Part shown: positions 9,470 to 20,109 of the stretch, piece by piece
How positions within the stretch are numbered: the stretch's first letter is position 1
Layout of the letters: each line of letters starts with the position of its first letter
NCBI GenBank assembly: GCA_049582765.1
Contig: JBAUUQ010000024.1
Location: 8,326-72,325, forward strand
Direction: 5' to 3'
From: Terriglobales bacterium
Lineage (GTDB): Bacteria; Acidobacteriota; Terriglobia; Terriglobales; Acidobacteriaceae
DNA: 64,000 nucleotides
The notes under the pieces: model-generated
Database searches by the model: none
Seen by the model: only the letters and a program-made list of their open reading frames with translations
What the model was told of the DNA's origin: nothing
Made by a program: the position numbers and the translations under genes

Positions 9470-11755
9470 ATGAAACGATTCAGTAACGATTCCTGCGAAG
9501 GCCGGATCATTTTGACCGAAGCACTCAAACGAACAAGGCGAGGTAGAAACCGGAAACCGCGGCACAGAACCTGCAATGGGTATCCGGCGCTCCTACGGGT
9601 CTGTCTCGTGGCTGCCGGGCTTGCCTCCACCGGTATGGCGCTCGGACAGAGCAGCATCAGCACACTCGACGCCAGCAAGATCACCACCGTACGCGTAGAT
9701 TCTGCGCACTTGATTAAGAAGTTCGATCCCGATCTCGCTCTCGGAACTTCCATCGACATTCTGCGGCCGGGAGATGTTGACCGGGTTTACTCGGAGCCGG
9801 TCCTGAAAGAGTCCTTGTCGGCAGGATGGGGCCCGATCACTTACCGCCAGAACACCGAACTGCAAGTGAGCGCCTGGCACTGGAATCCGGACGGGACATG
9901 GAGCGATCCGGCTCACCAAAGCGGATACTTCACCGGCAGTTCCAGCTTGGGGGAGTTGATTCGTCATTCCTATGGCTACCCGTTGCCTCATCGTGGCAAC
10001 ACTCGCGGGGATGGCCACTCTCGCGGTCATTATTCCCGTATGACCGATGGTGATCCGCAGACTTATTGGAAAAGCAATCCCTACCTGACCAGCAAGTTCA
10101 CGGGTGAAGACGACGCGCTGCATCCGCAATGGGTAGTCATCGATCTCGGCGCACCGGAGCGGATCGACACGCTTCGCATCGACTGGGCCAATCCCTACGC
10201 CGTCCGCTACGAAGTCCAGTATTGGAGCAGCGAAAGAGATCCGATGGGCGGTCCTACCGCGGGCGTGTGGATCGCCTTCCCGCAAGGGATCGTGACGCAG
10301 GGCCGAGGCGGGACCGAAACTTTGAAGCTCTCGTCAGAATTGACCGCCGCACGCTACCTCCGTATCTGGATGACGAAGTCGTCCAACACCGCCGACGTGC
10401 CCGAATCCAAGGACCCGCGCATCTCCGCCGGATATGCGCTTCGCGAGCTCTACGTTGGGACCTCCAGCAACGACGGGGCATTCGTGGATTTGGTCGAGCA
10501 TGTTCCCAACCAGGACCAAACTGCGATCCAGGCATCCTCGGTCGATCCCTGGCACTCCGCCTCGGACTTCGCGGCGGACGCGGGCGACCAGACTGGACTG
10601 GATCTCTTCTACACCAGCGGGATCACCAACCGCCTTCCAGCCATGATCCCCATCGCGATGGTCTATGGGACGCCGGAGGATGCGGCAGCGGAAATCGCTT
10701 ACGTGAAGAAGCGTGGCTATCCAATTTCCTACGTGGAAATGGGCGAAGAACCCGACGGCCAGAAAATGCTTCCCGAAGATTACGGGGCTCTTTACCTGCA
10801 ATTCGCCCGCGCCCTTCACTTGGTGGACCCGAATCTCAAACTGGGAGGGCCAGTTTTCGAAGGAGTGAGTGAAGACATTCAGGTTTGGCCGGATGCACAC
10901 GGCAGGGTCTCGTGGCTGAGGCGCTTTGTGGACTACCTGAAAGAGCATAATCGATTGTCCGATCTGTCGTTCGTTTCCTTTGAGCATTACCCATTCGCGC
11001 CGTGCGAAATCATCTGGGCAGATTTGTACCGTGAACCGGAACTCACCAGAAACATTCTCGAAATCTGGAGGGCGGACGGCGTACCTGCCGATGTCCCACT
11101 GATGAATACGGAAAGCAATGTCTCGTGGGGACTGACTCAGCCCATGACCGACAATTTTGCCGGACTCTGGCTGGCTGACAGCGTGGGTTCGTTCCTGAGC
11201 TTTGGCGGCGACGTCTACTACCATTCGCCGATTCAGCCCGAAGCCCTCCGGTCCGGGTGCCGGGGCTGGAGTACGTTTGGAAACTTTGTGGCCGACGAGC
11301 ACCTGCAAATTCGGGCACACACTTCGCAGTACTACGCCAGCCGCATGATCAATCTGGAGTGGGTCAAACACGGCGCCGGGAATCATGGGCTGTTTGCAGC
11401 TTCGGTGAATCTGCGTGACGAGGCCCATCACGCCCTCGTTACCGTTTATCCTGTGCAGCGTCCCGACGGAAGCTGGTCGTTGATGTTGATCAATAAGGAC
11501 CAGACCAATCCCCACACGGTGCGAGTGGTTTTTGATAGTGGCGCCGGTAGTGTTCAGTTCTTTTCCGGGCCGGTGACGATGACTAGCTTCGGCAGCGAGC
11601 AGTATGTGTGGCAGTCGGACGGCATCAATAGCCGTCCCGACCCGGAAAATCCGCCCCCGACAAGCACGGTGAAAGCCGATGCTGACAGCACATTCACGCT
11701 TCCCAAGGCTTCTATAACGGTGTTGCGGGGCGAGCTCGGCACGGGAAGCAAATAG
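9470..11755 (+). CDS. Secreted discoidin (F5/8 type C) domain protein fused to a TIM-barrel glycoside-hydrolase-like domain
   Basis: Signal peptide. Discoidin-like block (MTDGDPQTYWKSNP...WVVIDLGAPERIDTLRIDWANPYAVRYEVQYW). The C-terminal half has GH-like acid/nucleophile contexts (VEMGEEPDG, LMNTESN). Confidence 0.78.
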   Translation: MKRFSNDSCEGRIILTEALKRTRRGRNRKPRHRTCNGYPALLRVCLVAAGLASTGMALGQSSISTLDASKITTVRVDSAHLIKKFDPDLALGTSIDILRPGDVDRVYSEPVLKESLSAGWGPITYRQNTELQVSAWHWNPDGTWSDPAHQSGYFTGSSSLGELIRHSYGYPLPHRGNTRGDGHSRGHYSRMTDGDPQTYWKSNPYLTSKFTGEDDALHPQWVVIDLGAPERIDTLRIDWANPYAVRYEVQYWSSERDPMGGPTAGVWIAFPQGIVTQGRGGTETLKLSSELTAARYLRIWMTKSSNTADVPESKDPRISAGYALRELYVGTSSNDGAFVDLVEHVPNQDQTAIQASSVDPWHSASDFAADAGDQTGLDLFYTSGITNRLPAMIPIAMVYGTPEDAAAEIAYVKKRGYPISYVEMGEEPDGQKMLPEDYGALYLQFARALHLVDPNLKLGGPVFEGVSEDIQVWPDAHGRVSWLRRFVDYLKEHNRLSDLSFVSFEHYPFAPCEIIWADLYREPELTRNILEIWRADGVPADVPLMNTESNVSWGLTQPMTDNFAGLWLADSVGSFLSFGGDVYYHSPIQPEALRSGCRGWSTFGNFVADEHLQIRAHTSQYYASRMINLEWVKHGAGNHGLFAASVNLRDEAHHALVTVYPVQRPDGSWSLMLINKDQTNPHTVRVVFDSGAGSVQFFSGPVTMTSFGSEQYVWQSDGINSRPDPENPPPTSTVKADADSTFTLPKASITVLRGELGTGSK

Positions 11756-11756
11756 C

Positions 11757-13028
11757 TCATTTGTTCCGCAGGATGATGCGCAAGATGCGGATGTCGTGTA
11801 ATTCGCTGATCGGCGGCAAGGGCTTTTCCGGAACCCACTTGTGGAGTTGGGTGTTGGCGATGAACAACAGCGAATCCCCGTCGAGGCAACCGGTGGTGGG
11901 ATTCTCGAACAATGGGTTGTAGGTCTCGAGAATCTCGCTGCCGACAATTCTCGTCAGCCCTGGGTCAAGGAAAAAGCGCATCACTCTCCCCGGATGAATT
12001 GCGTTCTGAATTCCGACCAGAGACTGCCGGTAGAAGTAGAGGCCATCGATGCTGGCATCAATCACGTCAGCCGGCTTCGTCAGCGGCGCGGAGGACCTGC
12101 TCTGCACATCGACGCGAGTGATGCCAAAATCCCCGGCGACGAACAGAGTCCTCTCGTCATCGCTAAGAGCGATTCCATTGGCACCAGGAATCGTTCCTGC
12201 CGGCAAGAAAGTTTGCAGTTCGTGAGATCCACGCCGGGCGAGATACACGGTACCGTTATCGGTGTCAGTCGTGTAGGCATCGCCGCTGGAAGGAGCGACC
12301 GTCACGTCGTTGAGATATCCGCCGGCTTTGTCGGGTGGAATGAAGGTGGCGATACGCTTGCCGGTGACGAGGTCGTAGACAAATAAACCGTGCACCATAC
12401 CGGGCGTCTGGGGCGCGTCCCCGAAGCGCGAACTCACCGCCCACAACTGCTTCCGTTTTTCGTCGACGTGCAACCCGGCAACGTATCCCAGACCGTCTTC
12501 GCCCGGTCTCACCAGGTCGTGCACCGCGCCACTCTTGTTCGTCCACACGATCTTGCGCTGTACGCTACCAGCGTAAACGCGGCCGTTGAATCGAGCGTAG
12601 GCCATACCCTCGGGAAAGAGATCCGGCTCCTTGATAACGAAGGCGGTGTGGCTCTGAATGCGCGGCGGATTCTGCGCCCGAATCTGAGCCACGATCGCTT
12701 TGAATTCCTCAGAGTCGCGGATGAAAGCAAATCCCCGGTACTGGGAAGGATCGAGGCCGCCATCGCTTTTCGCGACTCGATGCAGGAACGCCAGAGTATT
12801 TGCAGCATCACATTTGGCGCCGTAGTCGGCAGCGAGGTTGTAGAACAGGACCGGGTCGTTCGGTCGGGCGTTCAGCTGGTTCTGCAGGCCCGCGATCTCC
12901 TGATCCAGTGCGGGCGAGGCCGCCGGCGTGCACTGGGCTGACGCCGTCGTCGTGAGAACAGCCGCGACCAGTAACGAAGACAATAAGATCCGGACAGCCG
13001 AATCACAGCGCAAGGGCACGCTCCACAT
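11757..13028 (-). CDS. Secreted protein with N-terminal helical (TPR-like) region and SMP-30/NHL-type beta-propeller
   Basis: ORF 11757..13151 trimmed to ATG 13028, which gives a signal peptide (ILLSSLLVAAVLTTTASA). Repeated beta-strand-rich modules are typical of 6-bladed propellers. Function unknown. Confidence 0.65.
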   Translation of the reverse strand: MWSVPLRCDSAVRILLSSLLVAAVLTTTASAQCTPAASPALDQEIAGLQNQLNARPNDPVLFYNLAADYGAKCDAANTLAFLHRVAKSDGGLDPSQYRGFAFIRDSEEFKAIVAQIRAQNPPRIQSHTAFVIKEPDLFPEGMAYARFNGRVYAGSVQRKIVWTNKSGAVHDLVRPGEDGLGYVAGLHVDEKRKQLWAVSSRFGDAPQTPGMVHGLFVYDLVTGKRIATFIPPDKAGGYLNDVTVAPSSGDAYTTDTDNGTVYLARRGSHELQTFLPAGTIPGANGIALSDDERTLFVAGDFGITRVDVQSRSSAPLTKPADVIDASIDGLYFYRQSLVGIQNAIHPGRVMRFFLDPGLTRIVGSEILETYNPLFENPTTGCLDGDSLLFIANTQLHKWVPEKPLPPISELHDIRILRIILRNK

Positions 13029-13457
13029 TTGGCGACAAGGATAATCTGACCATCGCTGAAAAGGAAAGTTAGTAGGCGAGCCCGGCGGCTTCGAGGAGCA
13101 GTCTGCAACTTTGTTGTCATCCCGAGAACGCGAGGGATCTGCAGTTGTCAACCATTCGCGATTACTCGGAATTGACTATGAAGTTCGGATTGGCTCTGCA
13201 CGGGCGAAGACGCCCGCGCCTGCATTGCTACGCGCCTCCACTCGTATCGTGGCACAGTCATCGGATTGGCGCGAGTGGCTCGCCCGCCCGCAGGTCCATC
13301 CCTCGATACTACATTCTCGCCCTCGCCTGGGGTTCAACAATCCCAAAACCTGTTGCACACTGTATTTTATAGCTATTCTCGTGTGGGCTATCTGGGAGAA
13401 GAGGGGACACAAAGCGTTTACAATGGCTTCCGTGGATGGGCGCGCAGTGATGGGGAA

Positions 13458-16112
13458 ATGACCATGAAGCAGACGTCTCTTTTGATCGCGTTTTGTTGGG
13501 CATTGACTTGCTTCAGCACCGCCCAAAGACTGCCAAGAATTGCAGTCCCGACGAACTACAATCTGACACTCACGCCGAACTTCACCCAGGACAACTTTGG
13601 CGGCGAGGAGACCATCCAGATTCAGGTGCTTCGGACAACCTCCGAGATCGTCCTCAACGCCGCCGATCTCGACTTTCATGACACCACCATTTCCTGCGGC
13701 GGGGTTAGCCAGAAGGCCACGGTCACCCTCAACGCGAAAACTGAGATGGCCACACTCGGGTTCGAGCACGCGATTCAACCCGGTCCCGCCACTATTACGA
13801 TTCGGTACACCGGAATTCTTAATAATCAACTGCGAGGGTTTTATCTGGGGAGGGAAGAAGACGGCAGGAAGTATGCCGGTACACAGCTTGAGGCCACGGA
13901 TGCGCGCCGGGCATTCCCTTCGTTCGATGAGCCTGAGTACAAAGCGACGTTCGACATTACAGTCGTGGCCACCCAGCGTGACACCGTCATTTCCAACAGT
14001 AAGGTGCTGTCGGACTCTCCGGGCCCCGGCAACGGCAAACACACCGTCAGGTTTGCAACCACGCCCAAAATGTCTTCCTACCTCGTGGCCGTGGTGGTTG
14101 GGGATTTCGAATACATTGAAGGATCAGCGGATGGAATTCCTATTCGCGTCTACACCACGCCGGGGAAAAAACAGCTGGCAAGTTTTGCTCTGGATACGGC
14201 AGAACACTCGATCCAATACTTCGACCAGTATTTCGGGATCAAATACCCTTTCGGCAAGCTCGACCTGATCGGGCTGCCGGACTTCGCGGCGGGCGCCATG
14301 GAGAACACCGGGGCCATCACTTCCCGGGAGGTCGCTCTACTCCTGGATAACCAAACTGCCACACTGAATCAGAAAAGACTGGTGGCGGAGGATGTTGCCC
14401 ACGAAGTGGCGCATCAATGGTTCGGGGACCTGGTGACCATGAAGTGGTGGGACGATTCCTGGCTCAACGAAGGGTTTGCCATGTGGATGCAAACCAAGTC
14501 CGTGGCCACATGGAAGCCGGAGTTGAACGTGCTGGTGGATGATGTGCTGAACCCGGACGCCTTCCTTGGGCCCGATGCCACCCTGACCGAGGATTCGCTG
14601 CTCCACACCCACGCGGTTCGTCAGTCAGCGGAAACGCCAGGGCAAATCACAGAGCTGTTTGACGCAATTTCGTATGGCAAGGGCGCAAGCGTGCTATGGA
14701 TGATCGAAGAGTACCTCGGTCGAGAGACCTTTCGCAAAGGTGTCGCCACCTACATCCGGCAACACGCCTACGGCAGCGCTACCTCGGAGGATTTCTGGAA
14801 CGTGCTGGCGGCGGTCTCGGGCAAACCGGTAGACCACATCATGGCGGCCTTCATCAACCAACCGGGTGTGCCGCTGGTCAGCGTCAAAACGCAATGTGCG
14901 GGGAATACCACGAAAGTCAGCCTCGCGCAGCAACGCTATTTTGACGACCGGTTGCTCATGAACTCGGGCAACGATGAAGTCTGGCCGATTCCCGTTTGCA
15001 TGAAGGCCGGAATCGCCGGCGGGCGTACCCGGGACCAATGCGTCTTGCTGAGCAAGAAAGAAGAAAGCTTCACCCTGCCGGTATGCGCGACCTGGGTTTT
15101 GGGCAATGCCGGCGCGAATGGATATTACCGCACGGCGTACGATTCGGTGGCCGTGCAGGCGATGTCGCGCAGTCTGGAGGCAGATTTCACGCCGTCTGAG
15201 AAGATCCGGTTGCTGAGCGATGAATGGGCGGCGGTACGTATCGGCCGGCAAACCATCGCGGACTATATGGCGCTGGCGGATGGTTTGCGCGGAGAGAACG
15301 ATACCGCCGTTGTCGACATGCTGACGGTGCAGATGGAGCACATTGGCCGGTATCTGGTGAATAACGGTGACCGCAGCGCCTACCAGCAGTGGGTGAGAGG
15401 CCTGCTGACGCCATTGGCGGACAAACTCGGCTGGCAGCCTTCCCCAGGTGAGGACGGCGACCGCAAAGCGCTGCGGGCGCAGGTTCTGTTGACCCTGGGT
15501 CGTACGGGTCACGATCCCGCAGTATTGGAAAAAGCCAGCAAGCTGGCATCGGACGTCCTGGATAAACCTAGGTCGATGGACGCAGCGATGGTGGGAACTG
15601 TACTACGGCTCGCCGCCGCGAACGGCGATGCGGCATTTTATGACCAAGTTCTCGACCGTATGAAAAAGGCATCCAGTCCCGGAGAACTGAGCCAGCTGCG
15701 GCAAGTCATGGTGGGCTTCGACGATCCCAAGCTGCTGGATCGCACCTTGCGGCTGACCATGACCCCGGACATTCGCAGTCAGGACGCAAACGCGTTAATC
15801 GCTGCGGTCATGGCGAATCCAGCTGGCGCACATCTGGCTTGGGATTTCGTTCGCGAACACTGGGCCGAGATAGAGAAAAAGCTGGGCGGCTACAACAGTA
15901 GCGGAGGCCTGGTGGCTGCCACCGGCACGTTTTGCGACGCTGAGCTCAGCGATCAAGTGAAGGATTTCTTTTCGGCACATCCGATCCCGGATGCAGAACG
16001 AACTCTGCAACAGTCCTTGGAAACCATCCATTACTGCGTCGACTTAAAGTCCCAGCAAGCGGCACCGCTGGCGGCGTGGCTCGAGCAACACGGTAGCTCG
16101 ACCGGCGAATAA
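13458..16112 (+). CDS. pepN: M1 family aminopeptidase N
   Basis: ORF 13266..16112 trimmed to ATG 13458 (GGGGA RBS, signal peptide MTMKQTSLLIAFCWALTCFSTA). GAMEN exopeptidase motif (GAMENTG). HEVAHQWFGDLVTMKWWDDSWLNEGFA = HEXXH-X18-E. Confidence 0.92.
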   Translation: MTMKQTSLLIAFCWALTCFSTAQRLPRIAVPTNYNLTLTPNFTQDNFGGEETIQIQVLRTTSEIVLNAADLDFHDTTISCGGVSQKATVTLNAKTEMATLGFEHAIQPGPATITIRYTGILNNQLRGFYLGREEDGRKYAGTQLEATDARRAFPSFDEPEYKATFDITVVATQRDTVISNSKVLSDSPGPGNGKHTVRFATTPKMSSYLVAVVVGDFEYIEGSADGIPIRVYTTPGKKQLASFALDTAEHSIQYFDQYFGIKYPFGKLDLIGLPDFAAGAMENTGAITSREVALLLDNQTATLNQKRLVAEDVAHEVAHQWFGDLVTMKWWDDSWLNEGFAMWMQTKSVATWKPELNVLVDDVLNPDAFLGPDATLTEDSLLHTHAVRQSAETPGQITELFDAISYGKGASVLWMIEEYLGRETFRKGVATYIRQHAYGSATSEDFWNVLAAVSGKPVDHIMAAFINQPGVPLVSVKTQCAGNTTKVSLAQQRYFDDRLLMNSGNDEVWPIPVCMKAGIAGGRTRDQCVLLSKKEESFTLPVCATWVLGNAGANGYYRTAYDSVAVQAMSRSLEADFTPSEKIRLLSDEWAAVRIGRQTIADYMALADGLRGENDTAVVDMLTVQMEHIGRYLVNNGDRSAYQQWVRGLLTPLADKLGWQPSPGEDGDRKALRAQVLLTLGRTGHDPAVLEKASKLASDVLDKPRSMDAAMVGTVLRLAAANGDAAFYDQVLDRMKKASSPGELSQLRQVMVGFDDPKLLDRTLRLTMTPDIRSQDANALIAAVMANPAGAHLAWDFVREHWAEIEKKLGGYNSSGGLVAATGTFCDAELSDQVKDFFSAHPIPDAERTLQQSLETIHYCVDLKSQQAAPLAAWLEQHGSSTGE

Positions 16113-16200
16113 GCGCGACCAGGGCGCGGACGCCAAAGAAACGCAAGAAACCACCACGCAGCTCATTTTACAGCGTCTTGCGAGTCGGCGAGTGTGAGTC

Positions 16201-17118
16201 TCATCCCCCGGCTTGTGCGGGGGCGACCGCCGCCATCTGTCGAGATCGTGTCTTTCCCTTCATGTTCACCAGTGCCACGCCTGCCAGGGCGATCGTGCCG
16301 CCTACGAGTGAAAGCAATCGAGGGACCTCGCCCAGCCAGATCCACGCGATCCCGATGGCGAGCACAGGAATCAGATTCAGCAGCGTGCTGGTGCGTCCGG
16401 CCGGCCCGTGGGACATGACATAAGCCCAGGCCACGTACGCCAGAGCGCCAGGGAAAATGCCCAAATACACAACCGCCATCGTCACACCCACCGGCGCGCT
16501 GCCGATCGTGTGGAGTAAGCCCCTCCCAAACGGCAGCATGACCACCGTCCCGGACCAGATAGAATACGCCGTGAACTCCAGCGCGCTATATCTTCCCAAG
16601 AAATGTTTCTGCTGCACCATATAGACGGCGGAGGTGACGGCTGCCGCCAGAATGATGAGAGCCTGGGGAGAAAGATGGATGCCAGTGCCTTCTCCGCTGG
16701 CAATCAGAGCGACCCCGGCGAAACTCACCAACACGCCCAGCCAGCGGCGAGGCGCCAGCCGTTCATGCAAAGTGAAGCTGGCGACTACCACCGTCCAGAT
16801 GGGCACGGAGGCGATCAGCAGGCTGGCGGCGCCGGCGCTGACCTGGGTTTCGCCGTAGTTCAGCGCCAGATTGTAAAAAGTAATTCCGATGATGCCACTG
16901 AGAATGAGGCCGGGAATGTCACGAATCTCAGGACGGCGGAAGTGGGCCACAGCGGCGTAAACCGCGAGTGTGAGCGAGGCCACCAGAAAGCGCAGAACCG
17001 CAAGCTGCCCTGGCGAGTAGGCCTGCAGGCCGGCACGAATACCGGCGAATGCCGATGCCCACAGCGCCAGGGCTGCGGTGAGGGCGAGAAGGGTTCGAAC
17101 TGTCAGCAAAGCTTTCAC
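16201..17118 (-). CDS. DMT superfamily (EamA-like) transporter
   Basis: About 10 predicted TM helices with two EamA-type repeats. 305 aa. Confidence 0.88.
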   Translation of the reverse strand: MKALLTVRTLLALTAALALWASAFAGIRAGLQAYSPGQLAVLRFLVASLTLAVYAAVAHFRRPEIRDIPGLILSGIIGITFYNLALNYGETQVSAGAASLLIASVPIWTVVVASFTLHERLAPRRWLGVLVSFAGVALIASGEGTGIHLSPQALIILAAAVTSAVYMVQQKHFLGRYSALEFTAYSIWSGTVVMLPFGRGLLHTIGSAPVGVTMAVVYLGIFPGALAYVAWAYVMSHGPAGRTSTLLNLIPVLAIGIAWIWLGEVPRLLSLVGGTIALAGVALVNMKGKTRSRQMAAVAPAQAGG

Positions 17119-17142
17119 AATGTTGTTCTTTCGTTCGCGGGA

Positions 17143-17646
17143 TCACCACGTATCGCTCCCGCGCCGCAGCGGCCACGCTCCAAACGCGCGTCGCAGCAAC
17201 GCAATCTGGCCCAGGTGATAGCTGTTATGCAGGGCACTCTGCCACAACACCGTTTCCACCGTCGAAGACTCGGACTCCTGCGACGGATGCGTTCCAGCCA
17301 CGTTCCGCTGCAGCACATCGGGGCTGGATTCCGAAAGCACAACCAGCCTTTCGAGTAACGTCTTAAACTCCGCGACCGCGCCTTGCCATTCCTTCTCGTT
17401 CGCCGGGCCTGCGGCGGAGGGCCAGCTTTCAATGGCGTGCTCCGGATAAACCGGCGATTCTCCGGCAATTCTTTTCAACTCGTACGCCATCCAGAAGTTC
17501 ACGTGACCCGTGATCTGCCAGATCGAGTGCGGATAACCGTCTACCTTCCTGCTGGCCAGTGGCGCCGGGATGTCCTTCAGGCACGCCACCGGATCGGCAT
17601 GCGCTCTTTCGCCGTGCAGAAGCTCCCGCAGCGTCCGGTTACCCAT
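17143..17646 (-). CDS. DinB-family (DinB_2) metal-dependent four-helix-bundle protein
   Basis: ORF trimmed to ATG 17646. DinB-like His positions (SIWQITGHVNFW, ALHNSYHLGQI). The start overlaps the PaiB-like stop by 8 nt. Confidence 0.78.
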   Translation of the reverse strand: MGNRTLRELLHGERAHADPVACLKDIPAPLASRKVDGYPHSIWQITGHVNFWMAYELKRIAGESPVYPEHAIESWPSAAGPANEKEWQGAVAEFKTLLERLVVLSESSPDVLQRNVAGTHPSQESESSTVETVLWQSALHNSYHLGQIALLRRAFGAWPLRRGSDTW

Positions 17647-18289
17647 TCTTGTTCTCTCCATCTCTGGCGTGAGGGCAGGACATGGCCTGAGCGATCCGCT
17701 GCGCATCCTGGTCGTCACTCTTGCGCAACTCGATGATGACGTTATCGTGATCTTCCTGTGTGCGGTTCTGACTCAGCTTGAAGCTGGCCTGTACCTCATC
17801 CACAGAAATCTCGAAGCCCACGATTCCCCGCATTTGCGATTCCAGGTAATCCGGCGGAAGCCCTTCGACCGTGTAGCGTCGCTCAGCTTCCACATGGCCT
17901 TCATAGCGGTTCACCAGACCCGTCATCAACTCGCGCAGCTCGGGAGGATCGCTCACCAGCCGCGGTTTGCCGTAGACGTGCACCGCAACGTAATTCCACG
18001 TAGGAACGTTCAGTTGCCTGTACCAGCGCGGAGATACATAGGAGTGCGGTCCGGCGAAAATCACCAGAGCTTTTTGTTCGTTCACCAGGACGCGCCAATG
18101 CGGGTTGGCCCGGGCAAAGTGTCCCTGCAGGGCAAACTTTCCCGGAGTCGGCTCGACCAGCCGCAAAGGCGCATGGGTTGCCACCGGCACTCCGGCACTG
18201 CAGCTGACAACAGTCGCGAAGCTATTCTGGTCGATTACCTTCCGGATCTCATTCCAGCTGTCCTCGCGAAAATGTTTGGGGACATACAT
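17639..18289 (-). CDS. FMN-binding negative transcriptional regulator, PaiB family
   Basis: Typical PaiB N-terminus MYVPKHFRE. Split-barrel FMN-binding layout. 216 aa. Confidence 0.85.
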   Translation of the reverse strand: MYVPKHFREDSWNEIRKVIDQNSFATVVSCSAGVPVATHAPLRLVEPTPGKFALQGHFARANPHWRVLVNEQKALVIFAGPHSYVSPRWYRQLNVPTWNYVAVHVYGKPRLVSDPPELRELMTGLVNRYEGHVEAERRYTVEGLPPDYLESQMRGIVGFEISVDEVQASFKLSQNRTQEDHDNVIIELRKSDDQDAQRIAQAMSCPHARDGENKNG

Positions 18290-18341
18290 ACTGCTCTCCC
18301 GGTCCTCCCGGCCGGGACGGGCGCGGAGGCCCGTCCTCCAT

Positions 18342-19694
18342 CTACCCCTTGCTCACGAGGGCGATCGATTCTTCGAGGGCGTCCATAGCGACGTCGGCCT
18401 CGTCTTTGGTCACAACGAGTGCCGGCGCGATGCGGATGGTGCTGGGGCCACAGCCCAGAAACAGAATTCCCCGTTCGAAGGCGAGCTGGATAATGCGGTC
18501 GCGTTCGGCGGCGCCGTATTCCTTCGTTTTCTGGTCCTTGACGATCTCCACTCCGAGCATCAGGCCACGGCCGCGGACGTCTCCCACCAGCTTGTACTTG
18601 CCCGGCCAGTCCGACATCCGTTTCAACATATGAGCGCCAACTTCGGCGGAGTTCCGCAACAGGCCTTCGCGCTCGATCACATCGAGCGTGGCCAACGCTG
18701 CTGCCACGCAGACAGGGTTTCCACCAAAAGTAGAGGCGTGCGAGCCCGGGACCCAGTCCATGACTTCGGCTTTACTGATGGTGACTCCCAGTGGCATTCC
18801 GGAAGCGATGCCCTTGGCAGAGCAAACAATGTCAGGATGCACCCCGGTGTGCTCAACCGCCCACCACTTGCCGGTACGCCCGACACCGCTCTGGACTTCG
18901 TCTACGACCAGCAGGATGCCGTGGCGATCGCAAATGCGGCGCAACTCCTGCATGAAAACCGTGGGAGCGATCACATAGCCGCCTTCGCCCTGGATGGGCT
19001 CGACGAAAATGGCTGCGACCTCCTCCGGTGGAAGCGTGGTCTTGAAAAGTTTGTCCTCGATGAAACGGGCGCAGCCCAGGGCGAAAGCTTCGCCATCCTG
19101 CATTCCGCCTTCGCAGCCGCGATAGACGTCGGGATAGCGAATGTGCGTAACCCCTGGTACCAGCGGAGCGAAACGCCGCTTCTGCTGCGGCTTGGAAGCC
19201 GTCAGCGACAGGGCGCCCATGGTGCGGCCGTGGAAAGCGCCGAAGAACGCAATGATGTTTTGGCGTCTGGTGTGATAACGAGCCAGCTTAAGCGCGCACT
19301 CAACGGCTTCCGTGCCCGAGTTGCCGTAGTAAATCTTGTGCGGCCCAGGCATGGGCGCAATCTTCGACAGCCGTTCGGCCAGAGTCACCATGTTCTCGTA
19401 GTAGAAGTCGGTGCCCGACATGTGGATCAACTCGGCCGCCTGTTTCTGAATGGCGGCGACCACATGAGGATGGCAATGGCCGGTGGAGGTCACGGCGATG
19501 CCGGCGGAGAAATCGAAGAATTCGTTTCCGTCAACATCGGTAACAACAATCCCCTGGCCGCGCTTCGCCACCATGGGGTAAGAGCGCGTATAGGACGGGG
19601 AAATGTATTTTTCGTCGCGCTCCAGGACGCGCTTTGCGTTCGGGCCAGGTAGCGCGGTCTTGATCTTGGGCGTATTTAGAGTCGTGGTCGACAT
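18342..19694 (-). CDS. Class-III PLP-dependent aminotransferase (GabT/ArgD-like)
   Basis: Family blocks GIAVTSTGHCHP, DEVQSGVGRTGKWWA and STFGGNP. 450 aa. Confidence 0.9.
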   Translation of the reverse strand: MSTTTLNTPKIKTALPGPNAKRVLERDEKYISPSYTRSYPMVAKRGQGIVVTDVDGNEFFDFSAGIAVTSTGHCHPHVVAAIQKQAAELIHMSGTDFYYENMVTLAERLSKIAPMPGPHKIYYGNSGTEAVECALKLARYHTRRQNIIAFFGAFHGRTMGALSLTASKPQQKRRFAPLVPGVTHIRYPDVYRGCEGGMQDGEAFALGCARFIEDKLFKTTLPPEEVAAIFVEPIQGEGGYVIAPTVFMQELRRICDRHGILLVVDEVQSGVGRTGKWWAVEHTGVHPDIVCSAKGIASGMPLGVTISKAEVMDWVPGSHASTFGGNPVCVAAALATLDVIEREGLLRNSAEVGAHMLKRMSDWPGKYKLVGDVRGRGLMLGVEIVKDQKTKEYGAAERDRIIQLAFERGILFLGCGPSTIRIAPALVVTKDEADVAMDALEESIALVSKG

Positions 19695-20109
19695 GGGCTC
19701 CTCCAGGAAAATCAGTTGTCAGCGGTCGGTTCTGGGTTCTCAGACTCAGCCGTGGATGACGACTGGTCGGAGAGTATGCGATCGGAGGATTGAAGAGTTA
19801 GTCGGAACCGAAGAGATTAGGACGACGACGCGACGGCAGCACAGCCCGATAGCGGCGCGGGCACACCAGGAAGTGAAGCCAGCACACGGGCAGGTGCGAA
19901 TTGGAGATTTCGTAGCGCATCGGTACACATACCTGAATCATTATAGCTTGCCATGGCTTACCGCGTAACCCCCAATCAGCGGGAAGTCCGGTTATTTTGG
20001 TTTTTTAACCCCCTACTTTCGTGGTACGCCTATGGCACGTTAGGGGTTTGACCGGGTTTGACCGGCTTGTTACCTTCGGTACCGATGAATTCCCCCCATC
20101 GTAACCGCA

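Noticed and set aside
10334-11947. 537-aa minus-strand ORF antisense to the discoidin/GH-like gene
   Set aside because: Shadow ORF. The composition is typical of antisense translation (R, G, H, P rich), it has no family motifs, and it overlaps two well-supported genes.
18105-19652. 515-aa plus-strand ORF antisense to the aminotransferase gene
   Set aside because: Shadow ORF. The aminotransferase frame carries the PLP-family blocks and this frame carries none.
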